Shown here: positions 1 to 9,201 of the stretch, one piece after another
How the letters are laid out: every line of letters starts with the position of its first letter
Numbering within the stretch: the first letter of the stretch is position 1
Origin: an uncultured delta proteobacterium
GTDB lineage: Bacteria > Desulfobacterota > BSN033 > UBA1163
DNA: 64,000 nt
Direction: 5' to 3'
Assembly (NCBI GenBank): GCA_963739325.1
Contig: CAVTZZ010000040.1
Span: 8,478-72,477, forward strand
The notes under the pieces: model-generated
Database searches by the model: none
What the model was told of the DNA's origin: nothing
What the model saw: only the letters and a program-made list of their open reading frames with translations
Made by a program: the position numbers and the translations under genes

Positions 1-300
1 CGGCTTCTCTTCTCCTTGCGGGACTTCAATGGACACGATATCGCCCAGTTGTTTCAATTTGACCTGAATAGGTGGACTGCAATTTCGGGCAATCGAATTG
101 ATCCGGGCTTTCAGGTCGTTCGTCAACCTTTCTCCGGTGATCGTCCGATCGTCTTTAACGCCCAGGAGAATCGACCCTCCTTTTGTGTTTGCAAAAGCTA
201 CGATATCTTCATCGATCCGTGGGGTGAAGCGCTCCTTGAATTCAACAGTAAGGCCTTCACCTTCCTGAACCAGCATATTGATTGCATCAAGATTCATCAT
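1..300 (-). CDS. AlbA_2 (Schlafen-type) putative DNA-binding domain protein, N-terminal part only; continues past the window edge
   Basis: My minus-strand translation from the ATG at 300..298 reads MMNLDAINMLVQEGEGLTVEFKERFTPRIDEDIVAFANTKGGSILLGVKDDRTITGE... and stays open to position 1. The pattern ExLEFKE...AFANTxGGxLxxGVxD is the AlbA_2 signature. The gene starts 11 nt after the helicase stop. It is absent from the ORF track because it has no stop in the window. Confidence 0.65.
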   Translation of the reverse strand, partial: MMNLDAINMLVQEGEGLTVEFKERFTPRIDEDIVAFANTKGGSILLGVKDDRTITGERLTNDLKARINSIARNCSPPIQVKLKQLGDIVSIEVPQGEEKP

Positions 301-311
301 CAGCCTAATCC

Positions 312-3179
312 CTAAGACGCACTGTGCTGTCCATGTAAATCATGACGACAGTAGAGCCGGATATCACACTCCTTGCAAATTTTGGATTCCGGCTTTGTAA
401 GGACCCGGAAGTCTCTCTCCTGAATCTTTCTAACCACAGAGTCGAAATGACTGCCTGCTTCTTCGACCATCTTTGGTCGATAAGGAAATACCATCAGGGC
501 GTCTTCCTTCACAGGTTCCCCGGTCCAGTAAAGAAGAAGGCGGTCTGGACTTTTGCCGTAACGGTGTTCCAGGATGTGTGCATATATACAAAGCTGGTTA
601 TGGTAAGATTTCAGCAGGGGAACATCCTCACCAGGCCTCGGCTGTGCTTTGAAATCAAGGAGCTCCAACTTATCGTCTCGACCTAAGAGCAAATCGATCT
701 TACCGGTAAGGATGTAATCATCCTTTTCAACAGACACATCGACCTCGGTTTCGATAACCCTTCTTATTTCTTCCTTGTTTTGGCCAAAATAGTTCATCAC
801 CTGATCAAAGGCTTCCTGTTTCTGTTTCTGCCCAACGGGGCGAAGCCCCCTGTTTATTAGATGATGAAGATTGAACTCGAAAAAATCACTGATTTTACTT
901 TTATTCAATCGATTTGCTTTTCCATCCAAAACCCAGCGGTGGATCTCTTCGATGGTCTGGTGCACCAGGGCCCCGAAGAAGAATTCGGCTGACCTTGAGG
1001 GAATGAATTCGTAATGGCGGAAGAATTGATATTGGCGTGGGCAGGTCTCGTAAACTTTTAAATCGCTACTGAAACTGAAGGTCTTCTTTGGCACCATCCT
1101 GCTTCGGAGTCGAAAGAACAATGACTTGAGAAGATTCTTCTGAACATATGGCCACTGCGGAAGTCCCTGCCAGATCGGGTTGAAATGCGCTTTCGGATGG
1201 TCGGTCGTTGTTAGAACAAGGATTTTTTCAGCCCTTGAAAAGGCCACGTAGTGGAGTCGTATCCGGTCGAACCCGGTGATTCGATCTTCCGGCTCAAAGG
1301 GTTTGCGGAGATAATATCTTCCGAGGGTTCGGTCGACGTCTTTCGGAGAAGCAAGCTTAACGGCCAGGGATCCTACAATTATGATCGGAAACTCCAACCC
1401 CTTGGCCTGGTGGATCGTCATGACCTGGACATGTCCTTTTGGAAAAGGCAGGTCAGGATCTTCGTATTCGTTGATCCCGCCCTCATAGAGGAGTCGCAAG
1501 AAGCTATGGAAGAAGTGAAACCTGAGGGGTTCACGATTCCTCGCCGTGATCACGGTATAATGATAATAGTTCTGGAAAACGTTAAGCAGTTGGGAGAAAG
1601 TCGCCAGATTACGAGCCCGGTTTTCATTTTTTAGAAAAGTTACAAACGGGTCTCGGGCAATAAACTCATAGAAATAATCAGCCAATCGTCTGTCGAGGGT
1701 TTCACCAGGGCCGAGGGAAGTAACCTCATTGGCAAATTTTTTAAGACACTTGGCCAGAGGGTGAGGCTGCGGACAATTTCGGCCAAGCTCCTCAATGCAT
1801 CCATCAACATAAGCAGCCAGTTCCTTAAGGCTCTTTCCCGAAATTTCGCCTCGAAGATCGCCATAATATCCCAGTAACATGGCAAAGCAGGCCACAAGGT
1901 ACTGGATCTCTTCATTTTCGAAATAGGCTCTCGCCCTAGGACAGAAAGCAGAGATGCCTCGTTTGGCAAGGGCCTCCAGATAGGGACCGCTATGTTCGAG
2001 CCGAACGCTGTGAAGAAGAAAGGCTATCTGGCTCTCATCTTCGACCACATGATGCTTCTTAAGGAAACTTACCAAGTCTGCGAGTCTGGTCGCTTCGTCT
2101 TGGCGGTTTTCTCCCCAAATGGCAAAGACTGCTGGGTATTCGGCAAAGTTTCCTTCGGGATCGGGAACAATTACTTTGTTATGGCGATAAACCCTCCCGC
2201 TTGAATCATCCTTCCACTCCCAAGAGGACATAAATTTATTATAAGTCTTGATGATTTCTGGATGAGATCGGTAGTTTATAGAGAGATTAATCTCAGAACA
2301 CTGCCTGAAGTGCTGAGGAAATTCCAGAATATTCCGGACCGTGGCCCCACGAAACCGGTAGAGCGACTGATCCTCATCTCCTACCACGCAGATGTTCTTC
2401 TCCCGACCGGCCAAGCGGAGAAGAAGTTGCTCCTGAACGTAATTTGTATCCTGATACTCGTCTACCATCACGTAGCGAACTCGTTCTGTAATCGCGGGGC
2501 CCACCTCTTTATCTCCAAGCAATTGCAAAAAAAGTTTCTGCTGATGGGCAAAATCGATCCGATTAGTTTCGATGAGTTTGTTCTTATAGACCTTATAAGC
2601 TCGCCCGATGGCCTGAATGAACGGTTCACCGGACCTGATTAACTTGGCAGGATCAATCAACTCCTCCGTAATCTTGTTGAAGTAATTTCTGGTCCCCTCG
2701 ATAGCTGTCCATCGAGTTGTCCACCGCCCCAAGTATTTTCCGTCCTTTTCCTCTGGCTCTAAGATGTCGTCAAAATGATCGAAAATGAAGAAGAGTTGAG
2801 TAAGTTCATCCAAGACTTCATAGTTGTTGCCAAGGGCTGTACGGTGCCTATATCGTAAGAGGAAATCATTGCAAATCCCATGAATGGTTCCCACAAGTAG
2901 TTCCGAAAGATTACCCCTGTAACCCAACTTCTTGGCGCTAAGGGAAAGGCGGTCTCTCAATTCAAAAGCGGCCTTTTCGGTGAAAGTACAGAGAAGGATC
3001 TCACGAGGCTCGGCAAGACCCCGAAGAAGAAATTGAGTGCCCTTACGATAAGGACAAGGGTTTTTCCGGATCCAGGTCCAGCAATGATGAGAAGCGGGAC
3101 CCTCGGTGTGGCCCACAGCCTCACGTTGGGCATCATTGAGGTCCGGGAATTCTTTTAAGATCGCTTTCGCAACCTTCAT
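312..3179 (-). CDS. UvrD/Rep-type SF1 helicase fused to a C-terminal PD-(D/E)XK nuclease (AddB/Cas4-like, Cys-flanked)
   Basis: 955-aa ORF. Helicase motifs: LLCTFTEKAAFELRDRL (Ia), VMVDEYQDTN (II), VVGDEDQSLYRFRGA (III), TIHQAKGLEFP (V), YVAFSRA (VI). The C-terminus has GKIDLL...LELLDFK and QLCIYAHIL (nuclease core) flanked by ETCPRQY and CKECDIRLYC (1+3 Cys, the Fe-S nuclease pattern). The Walker A motif is encoded out of frame (see findings). Confidence 0.85.
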   Translation of the reverse strand: MKVAKAILKEFPDLNDAQREAVGHTEGPASHHCWTWIRKNPCPYRKGTQFLLRGLAEPREILLCTFTEKAAFELRDRLSLSAKKLGYRGNLSELLVGTIHGICNDFLLRYRHRTALGNNYEVLDELTQLFFIFDHFDDILEPEEKDGKYLGRWTTRWTAIEGTRNYFNKITEELIDPAKLIRSGEPFIQAIGRAYKVYKNKLIETNRIDFAHQQKLFLQLLGDKEVGPAITERVRYVMVDEYQDTNYVQEQLLLRLAGREKNICVVGDEDQSLYRFRGATVRNILEFPQHFRQCSEINLSINYRSHPEIIKTYNKFMSSWEWKDDSSGRVYRHNKVIVPDPEGNFAEYPAVFAIWGENRQDEATRLADLVSFLKKHHVVEDESQIAFLLHSVRLEHSGPYLEALAKRGISAFCPRARAYFENEEIQYLVACFAMLLGYYGDLRGEISGKSLKELAAYVDGCIEELGRNCPQPHPLAKCLKKFANEVTSLGPGETLDRRLADYFYEFIARDPFVTFLKNENRARNLATFSQLLNVFQNYYHYTVITARNREPLRFHFFHSFLRLLYEGGINEYEDPDLPFPKGHVQVMTIHQAKGLEFPIIIVGSLAVKLASPKDVDRTLGRYYLRKPFEPEDRITGFDRIRLHYVAFSRAEKILVLTTTDHPKAHFNPIWQGLPQWPYVQKNLLKSLFFRLRSRMVPKKTFSFSSDLKVYETCPRQYQFFRHYEFIPSRSAEFFFGALVHQTIEEIHRWVLDGKANRLNKSKISDFFEFNLHHLINRGLRPVGQKQKQEAFDQVMNYFGQNKEEIRRVIETEVDVSVEKDDYILTGKIDLLLGRDDKLELLDFKAQPRPGEDVPLLKSYHNQLCIYAHILEHRYGKSPDRLLLYWTGEPVKEDALMVFPYRPKMVEEAGSHFDSVVRKIQERDFRVLTKPESKICKECDIRLYCRHDLHGQHSAS

Positions 3180-3923
3180 CAGATAAGGCCTTCTCTTTGG
3201 AAGCTGAAAACCGTATCGTTTGAAACGATCACATGGTCAATCACTTTAATCTGGAGTGTTTCTGCTGCAAGAACCAATGCCCGAGTGAGGAATCTTGTCT
3301 TGTTCTGAAGGGTTGATATTCCCATTGGGGTGGTTGTGGGCAAACACAAGAGCAGCGGCATTCCTCCGGAGGGCTGCATCCATCACTCGCCGCGGGTAGA
3401 CTGCGGCGCGGTCAATGGTCCCTTCTTCGAGCGTATCCACTCCGTCTTTGAGTAACCTGTATCCCGAATCTAGGTAAGCCACCTGAAAAACCTCGTAGTT
3501 TAAAGGCCCGATTCGGCTTCGCCAGAAATTGTAAAGTGTTTCGGGAGTGGAGAGAGATACCTCTTCTTCTGCCTTTTGCTGCAGGTAGAGATTCGCCGTT
3601 TCACGGATAATTTTCAACGCCACCGGTGCGACCCTATTTAATCCAAGGATCTCTTCTAATTCTGAAACGGGTGCATCAAGAACACCCCGGACGCTCCCGA
3701 ATCGATTCATTAATGAATGGGCTGATTTCTTGACGTCCCTTCTTGGAATAGCCAGGGTGAGAAGTAGCTCAATAACCTCATGGGGAGCGAATCCGTTAAA
3801 CCCATCTTTTAGAAAGCGATCCCTTAACCGCTGACGGTGACCGTGGTAGAACGGTTTCTCCCCTTTCACCCTGGATTGCAGTGGTTTCGGCGGGCTTGTT
3901 TGAACCTTAAGACCTCCTACCAT
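3179..3923 (-). CDS. radC: RadC-like JAB/MPN-domain protein (UPF0758), split by an apparent 1-nt frameshift near 3289-3290
   Basis: ORF 3246..3923 carries the helix-hairpin-helix-like N-terminus and HNHPNGNINPSEQDK (JAB motif HNHPxGxxxPSxxD). The expected C-terminus LTRALVLAAETLQIKVIDHVIVSNDTVFSFQREGLI lies in ORF 3179..3379 in another frame. The stop overlaps the helicase start as TGATG. Confidence 0.8.
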
Positions 3924-4083
3924 GTTAGTAGCCTGTTAAACAAAGGGTTAACCCTCAGAAAAAATGCCGTACGTGCATAGCGTGTCTATCCTTTCTCATT
4001 CTTTGATTTAGGCTTTGCCAAGTTACCTGTCGATCACGATCTTGAATTCTTTTAGCCTGTTTCAATCACACCCCGGAAGTTGA

Positions 4084-4119
4084 CCTATTTATACCAAAAA
4101 TTTGATTTTATAGCAATTT
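4084..4119 (-). promoter_or_regulatory. 36-nt direct repeat, copy 1; on the minus strand it reads as a sigma70-like promoter upstream of radC
   Basis: cctatttataccaaaaatttgattttatagcaattt matches 4870..4905 at 35 of 36 positions. The reverse complement gives TTGCTA (4116..4111), a 17-nt spacer, then TATAAA (4093..4088). It lies about 165 nt upstream of the radC start. Confidence 0.4.
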
Positions 4120-4327
4120 TCTGAGGAAGCCCCTCCTACGCTGAAGCTTCGAAGGGTAAACAGTGAACGAAAAGCATCCCCTTTTGAAGGAAAAGGTCGC
4201 CATCATGAGGGAAGCGGATTTGGGTTGAGGACGGCAGGTTGAGAGCCGGAATAAAGTTGATCAGCTTCGCCTAAGAAGGGGGAGGTGTCACAGGGAGTCA
4301 CCCGAATACTTACTACTTGCGCAGGGC

Positions 4328-4561
4328 TTAAGATTCAAACTCGGCTCGAGGTAGGCCTGACTGCCGAATGATCGATTGAAGAGTACCAATGCGAATCTCG
4401 TCGTGGTCTGGCACGGGAACAGTGATCGTGCTTTGAGGTACTTTTTTCTGCATCACGATGTGGCTCCCTCGCCTGCGAACTTCCACGAAGCCGTGGCGTG
4501 CCAAAATCATGCAGATTTCTCTCCCTGAAAGGATGCGTAGCTTAGCCAACTGCCACCTCAA
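4328..4561 (-). CDS. hicA: HicA-family mRNA interferase toxin
   Basis: 77 aa. LSGREICMILARHGFVEVRRRGSHIVMQK...VPVPDHDEIRIGTLQSIIRQSGL fits the HicA pattern (GF...GSH...VP.H..l..GTl..Il+q.g). It overlaps the hicB stop by 20 nt. Confidence 0.8.
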   Translation of the reverse strand: MRWQLAKLRILSGREICMILARHGFVEVRRRGSHIVMQKKVPQSTITVPVPDHDEIRIGTLQSIIRQSGLPRAEFES

Positions 4562-4757
4562 CCTGTGTTACATAGATTTCCCCATGAAGCCGTTGACTAA
4601 CCTCTTCCGACGATGCGGTTTCAAAAAATAATTCCAAAGCCTCACGCAGATTCGCACGCGCTTGTTCAATGGTATCTCCCTGGCTTGCGATATCCACTTC
4701 GGGACATAGAGCAACGTATCCGTCGTTCTCCCGTTCTATAATTGCTGTAAGCTTCAT
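4542..4757 (-). CDS. hicB: HicB-like antitoxin (UPF0150 type, short form)
   Basis: 71 aa. MKLTAIIERENDGYVALCPEVDIASQGDTIEQARANLREALELFFE is the typical HicB/UPF0150 N-terminal domain. It sits directly upstream of hicA and overlaps it. Confidence 0.8.
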   Translation of the reverse strand: MKLTAIIERENDGYVALCPEVDIASQGDTIEQARANLREALELFFETASSEEVSQRLHGEIYVTQVEVAVG

Positions 4758-4869
4758 CTTTCACCTCCTCTATCAGGAACTTAATTCGGTCAGCCCACAT
4801 CCTCTTTCTATATTGTTGGAGCAATTTGAGGAAATGTGCCACTTAAAATAGTCTCTAACTGGATGTATC

Positions 4870-4905
4870 CCTATTTATACCAAAAATTTAATTTTATAGC
4901 AATTT
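4870..4905 (-). promoter_or_regulatory. 36-nt direct repeat, copy 2; sigma70-like promoter on the minus strand upstream of hicB
   Basis: Same element as 4084..4119 with one mismatch (a at 4890 versus g at 4104). On the minus strand: -35 TTGCTA at 4902..4897, 17-nt spacer, -10 TATAAA at 4879..4874. It lies about 115 nt upstream of the hicB ATG. Confidence 0.45.
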
Positions 4906-5209
4906 CCGGATGGATTCTTCAGTTACTTTCCCCATTGCAATTGTATTTTTCTCAGATCGCTGTCTTAGCCTTTCTTAAACCTCCACCCTACCCTACCGGT
5001 TCTCAGTGGAATGACGTGAATATCTTTGTACTATTCCCTAAGGTCTCATGATAGATGCTGGCCGATCTCTATCCTGATAAGGAGGGACTTAGAATCTGAT
5101 AACCACCTTAGATTTTATATTTTTCTATTGTAATTTTCAGAACAAAATTTATATTTATAAATAAAGTGTATTATAATAAAAGAACGAAAAATAGAAAGGT
5201 AAAAGGGGA

Positions 5210-7526
5210 ATGCTTTTGGATGATTCTAACAACATTGGAGAATATGAATTTATGAGATGTATTGGAAAATCTCCTGTTCGAGTGGATGCGAAAGATAAGG
5301 TGATGGGAATAGCGACCTATATCGATGATATGAAACTCCCTGGATTGCTTTATGGAAAGGTCCTCCGTAGCAAGTACCCTCACGCACGAATTTTAAGGAT
5401 TGATACCTCCAGGGCAGAAAAAATCCCTGGTGTCAAAGGGGTGGTAACGGGTGCGGACATACCTTTCTTGCACGGTGAATCTTTATGTGATGAGCCCTTT
5501 TTGGCCATAGATAAAGTGCGTTACATGGGGGAAGGAGTGGCTGCGGTAGCCGCAGTAGACGAGGAAACCGCAGAGATGGCTTTAAACTCGATAACGGTTG
5601 AATATGAAGAGTTACCCGCTCTTTTTGATCCTGTGGAGGCATCCAAACCTGGAGCAGCCCTGATCCATGAGAAACTCGCAACCTATGCCTGTCCTTCTAC
5701 CGTAAATCCTATTAAAGGAACGAACGTGTGTAACCATTTTCAACTTCGAAAGGGAGATGTGGAAAAGGGTTTTAAAGAATCAGACTACCATCTTCGAGGA
5801 TACATTTACTACCCAGATGCAGCAGCACTGTAGTATCGAGCCTCATGGTGCCATCTGCTTGATCGACAATGACAACCATATTACCCTTTGGGCGAACAAT
5901 GATTCTCCTTACCGTTGCCGTAAGGAGATCGCCAATGCTTTTAAGATTCCTTTGACCAAGGTAAGAATCATCAGTGCCCCTTACATTGGAGGCAATTTTG
6001 GTGGTAAGGGCGGCTTGAAGGCCGAAGCAAGTGCTATTGCTTTAGCCTGGAAAGTTAGAAATAGGCCAATAAAGGTGATGTACACGAGGGAGGAAGAATT
6101 CTGTTCCTCCTTGGTAAGACATCCCACTGTGACCCATATCAAGACAGGAGTCAAGAGGGATGGAACAATTCTAGCCAGGGAAGTAAAAATGTACTGGGCC
6201 ACTGGGGCTTATGCTGAAAAAGGACCTACGGTGACCCGGACGGCGGGAGTTTCCGGAGCAGGTCCATACAAAATACCGAATGTAAGTATTGATGTGTATT
6301 GTGTCTATACCAATAGGCAGGTGGCGGGTGCCATGCGGGGTTATAGTGGTCCACAAACCTGTTGGGTCTATGAGTCCCAAATGGATATCATTGCCAACAA
6401 ACTCGGGATGGATCCCCTGAAAATGAGACTGAAGCAGGTCTATGAGGAAGGCGACACACATACGACTGGACAGATACTTCGTTCAGAAGGTCTTAAAGAA
6501 TGCCTAACGAAAGTGGCTGAAAAGATGGATTGGGGGAAAAAGGCCCTTGGCAAAGACCAGGGGAGAGGTATTGCATGTATGGAAAGGGCGGTTAAAACCC
6601 CCTTTGGGTCCGCCGCCTTCGTGAAGGTCAATGAAGACGGAAGTGTGAATGTCTTAAGCAGTACCACAGAGGTGGGTCAAGGCTCCTCAACGATTCTTTG
6701 CCAGATTGTTGCTGAAGAACTTGGCGTCCCTCTCGAAAGGGTGAGGAAGGCTTCTCCAGATACCGCTTTCACTCCCTTTGATGCTTCGACCACATCGAGC
6801 CGCTCCACCTTTCATATGGGAAATGCCGTAAAGATGGCAGCCCGGGATGCCAAAGAACAGATTTTGAAGATGGCAGCAGAATTATTGGAAGCAAACCCTG
6901 ATGATATGGTGATCAAAGAGGGAAATGTCTTTGTCAAGGGAATGCCTGAAAAGCCCCTTTCTATTGGGAAGATACTCAGCGAACACTATGGAATAAGTGG
7001 AACTGTTCTTGGGCGGGGATACTATTTCCCTCAAGTATCTGAAGGACCCGTTGAATATTATTCGAATATGATGGCCTTCTATCTACTCGGTGCTCATGGC
7101 GTTGAAGTGGAGGTGGATAGAAAGACAGGGCAGGTTAAGATTTTGAAAATTTATGCAGCCCACGACACTGGCAAGGCTATCCATCCCACGAGCTGTGCAG
7201 GACAGATTCAAGGAGGGGTCTCTATTGGTTTAGGTTTTGCTTTGCTTGAGGAGATTCTGTTTAAGGGGGGTCATGTTTTAAATCCCTCTTTCCTAAATTA
7301 TAAGATTCCCTCTGCCCTGGACACGCCTGAGATAGTGCCTATTCTTGTGGAATGCGCTCACCCCGATGGGCCTTATGGGGCTAAAGGAATGGGTGAAACA
7401 ACCAATGTGCCAACACCCCCTGCCATTGCCAATGCCATCTACAATGCTGTTGGGGTACGTATTAAGGATCTTCCCATTACTCCGGATAAAGTCTTGGCAG
7501 CGCTGAAGAGAAAAGGAAAATATTAA
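5210..7526 (+). CDS. Xanthine dehydrogenase/aldehyde oxidase family molybdopterin-binding large subunit, operon 1; split by a 1-nt frameshift near 5788
   Basis: ORF 5210..5833 has the a/b-hammerhead N-terminus (GKSPVRVDAKDKVMGIATYIDDMKLPGLLYGKVLRSKYPHARILRIDTS). ORF 5757..7526 continues with IFEDTFTTQMQQHCSIEPHG and GAKGMGETTNVPTPPAIANAIYNAVG. The likely true start is the ATG at 5252 (GGAG 11 nt upstream). Confidence 0.85.
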
Positions 7527-7604
7527 GGGATTGCGAATTAAGGAATGAAAGAATGAAGTTTCAAAATTCCTAACGACCTCGAATTGGATAAAAAGGAAAC
7601 GGTT

Positions 7605-8616
7605 ATGAAACTGCCTGAATTTGAATATGTTCAACCTAAGTCAATCAGGAAAGCCTGCCAGCTCCTGAAGGAGAAGGGAGATAAGGCTCAGGCTATTGCA
7701 GGGGGAACAGATCTTATGATGGCCCTGAAGAATAGACTGAAGGTACCAGAAATGCTGGTGGACCTGAGGGGACTCCCCCACCTCAACCGAATCAGTTATT
7801 CTGACAAAGAAGGATTAAAAGTGGGAGCATTGGTTTCTCTGCGTCAACTGGCTGCCAGTCCTGTGGTCAAGGAGAAATATCCTATTCTATCACGGGCAGC
7901 ATTAGATGTAGGTACGCCTCAGCTTCAGGCTATGGGGACCATTGGCGGGAACCTCTGCCAGGATAGTCTCTGTCTATACTATAACCGATCCCCTATGTTG
8001 AGGCAGATGCTGGAGCCCTGCCATAAATTGGGAGGAGATGTCTGTCATGCTGTAAGTCGCAGTAAAATCTGTTGGGCAACCTATTGCGGTGATATCGCTC
8101 CAGTACTGCTTGTATATCAGGCGAAAGTAAAAATAGTAAACCCCAAGGGAGAGAAAGATCATCCCTTTGAATAAATTCTATTCTGGGGATGGGAAGAAAC
8201 CCAATGTATTAAAACCGGGACAGATCCTCACAGAAATCCAAGTGCCACCCCCCTCCCCTTACTCCGGAGGAGCTTATCTCAAGTTAAGGCTGCGAAAGAC
8301 CATGGACTATCCCCTGCTGGGCGTAGCGGTAAATCTAACAATGGAAAGCTCTGGCCAAATCTGCAAGCATGCCAAATTGGCTCTCACCGCTGTGGAGAGA
8401 GCACCGATATTGATCGAAGAGGCCGATGAGCTTAAGGGCAAGAAACTGACCGATGCGGTCATAGAAAAATTAGCAGAAGCAGCCTACAAACACGCCCATC
8501 CCTTAAACAATATCTGTGAACTCACGCCTCAATATCGCAAAGATTTGGTGAAGGACTATGTCAGGTCGGCGGTACAACAGGCCCTCCAGTGCGCAACAAA
8601 AGGAGGAGTAACTTGA
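7605..8616 (+). CDS. FAD-binding medium subunit (CoxM/HcrB-like) of molybdoenzyme 1; split by a 1-nt frameshift near 8154-8157
   Basis: AIAGGTDLMMALKNRL and GTIGGNLC match the FAD_binding_5 pattern. A Cys-rich loop follows: CLYYNRSPMLRQMLEPCHKLGGDVCHAVSRSKIC. The C-terminal CO-dehydrogenase-flavoprotein domain continues in ORF 8167..8616. ATG at 7605 has an AAGGA Shine-Dalgarno site; the ORF track starts at TTG 7584. Confidence 0.85.
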
Positions 8617-9083
8617 AGAAAGTCATCACACTCCATATCAATGGAGAAACTTACGAAATACTGGTGAAAACGAATGAAACACTTCTGGATGTCCTGAGAG
8701 AAAAGTTAGGACTGATCGGTACCAAAAGGGGATGTGATTCTGGTGCCTGTGGAGCCTGCACAGTGATCATCGATGGGGAACCGGCGCTGAGTTGCATGAC
8801 TTTGGCAGTCAGGTGCCAGAACCGATCTATTATGACGATAGAAGGCCTGGCCCAGAATGGACAGTTACATCCGCTACAGAAATCGGCGATTGAGCATGAT
8901 GCCGTACAGTGCGGATTCTGTGCACCGGGATGGCTCCTTTCAGCGAAGGTTCTATTGGACAATAATCCCCATCCCACCCTTGATGAGGTGCGCGCTGCGA
9001 TAGCCGGTAATCTCTGTCGCTGTACCGGATATCGAAAGATAGAAGAAGCCATATTGGCTGTAGCTGATGAGAAAATAAAGTGA
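8613..9083 (+). CDS. [2Fe-2S]-binding small subunit (CoxS-like) of molybdoenzyme 1
   Basis: CDSGACGACTV, CGFCAPG and CRCTGY are the two 2Fe-2S motifs. The probable start is TTG 8613, with AGGAGG 6 nt upstream and a TTGA overlap with the upstream stop. The ORF track's alternative start is 8589. Confidence 0.85.
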   Translation: MKKVITLHINGETYEILVKTNETLLDVLREKLGLIGTKRGCDSGACGACTVIIDGEPALSCMTLAVRCQNRSIMTIEGLAQNGQLHPLQKSAIEHDAVQCGFCAPGWLLSAKVLLDNNPHPTLDEVRAAIAGNLCRCTGYRKIEEAILAVADEKIK

Positions 9084-9113
9084 TTGACTATCCCGAAGAG
9101 TTCTCTTTTTTGC

Positions 9114-9143
9114 TTGACATACAACTCATACCTTTCTTATATT
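9114..9143 (+). promoter_or_regulatory. Candidate sigma70-type promoter for the amidohydrolase gene
   Basis: TTGACA (9114..9119), 18-nt spacer, TATATT (9138..9143), about 60 nt upstream of the ATG at 9202. This is a pattern match only. Confidence 0.35.
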
Positions 9144-9201
9144 TAAAAATACTCAAAGTGAGTTCTTATCTTGATATAAAATAAAGTGAAAGGAGCTTGA
9201 C

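Noticed and set aside
16-315. 99-aa plus-strand ORF at the left edge
   Set aside because: It is antisense to a minus-strand reading frame whose translation has a clear AlbA_2 domain signature and which starts 11 nt after the helicase stop. The plus-strand product has no recognisable features, so I treat it as a shadow ORF.
4084-4905. Interpreting the 36-nt direct repeats as insertion-sequence target duplications, or their TTTATA as an archaeal TATA box
   Set aside because: No transposase or inverted repeats lie between them, and 36 nt is too long for a typical target-site duplication. The window otherwise shows bacterial-type Shine-Dalgarno sites, a Tat signal and TTT transporters, and the element reads as a -35/-10 promoter on the strand of the downstream genes.
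4669-5051. Two short plus-strand ORFs (4669-4851 and 4836-5051) near the hicBA cassette
   Set aside because: The first is antisense to hicB. The second lies in an AT-rich promoter region that contains the 36-nt repeat. Neither has supporting features.
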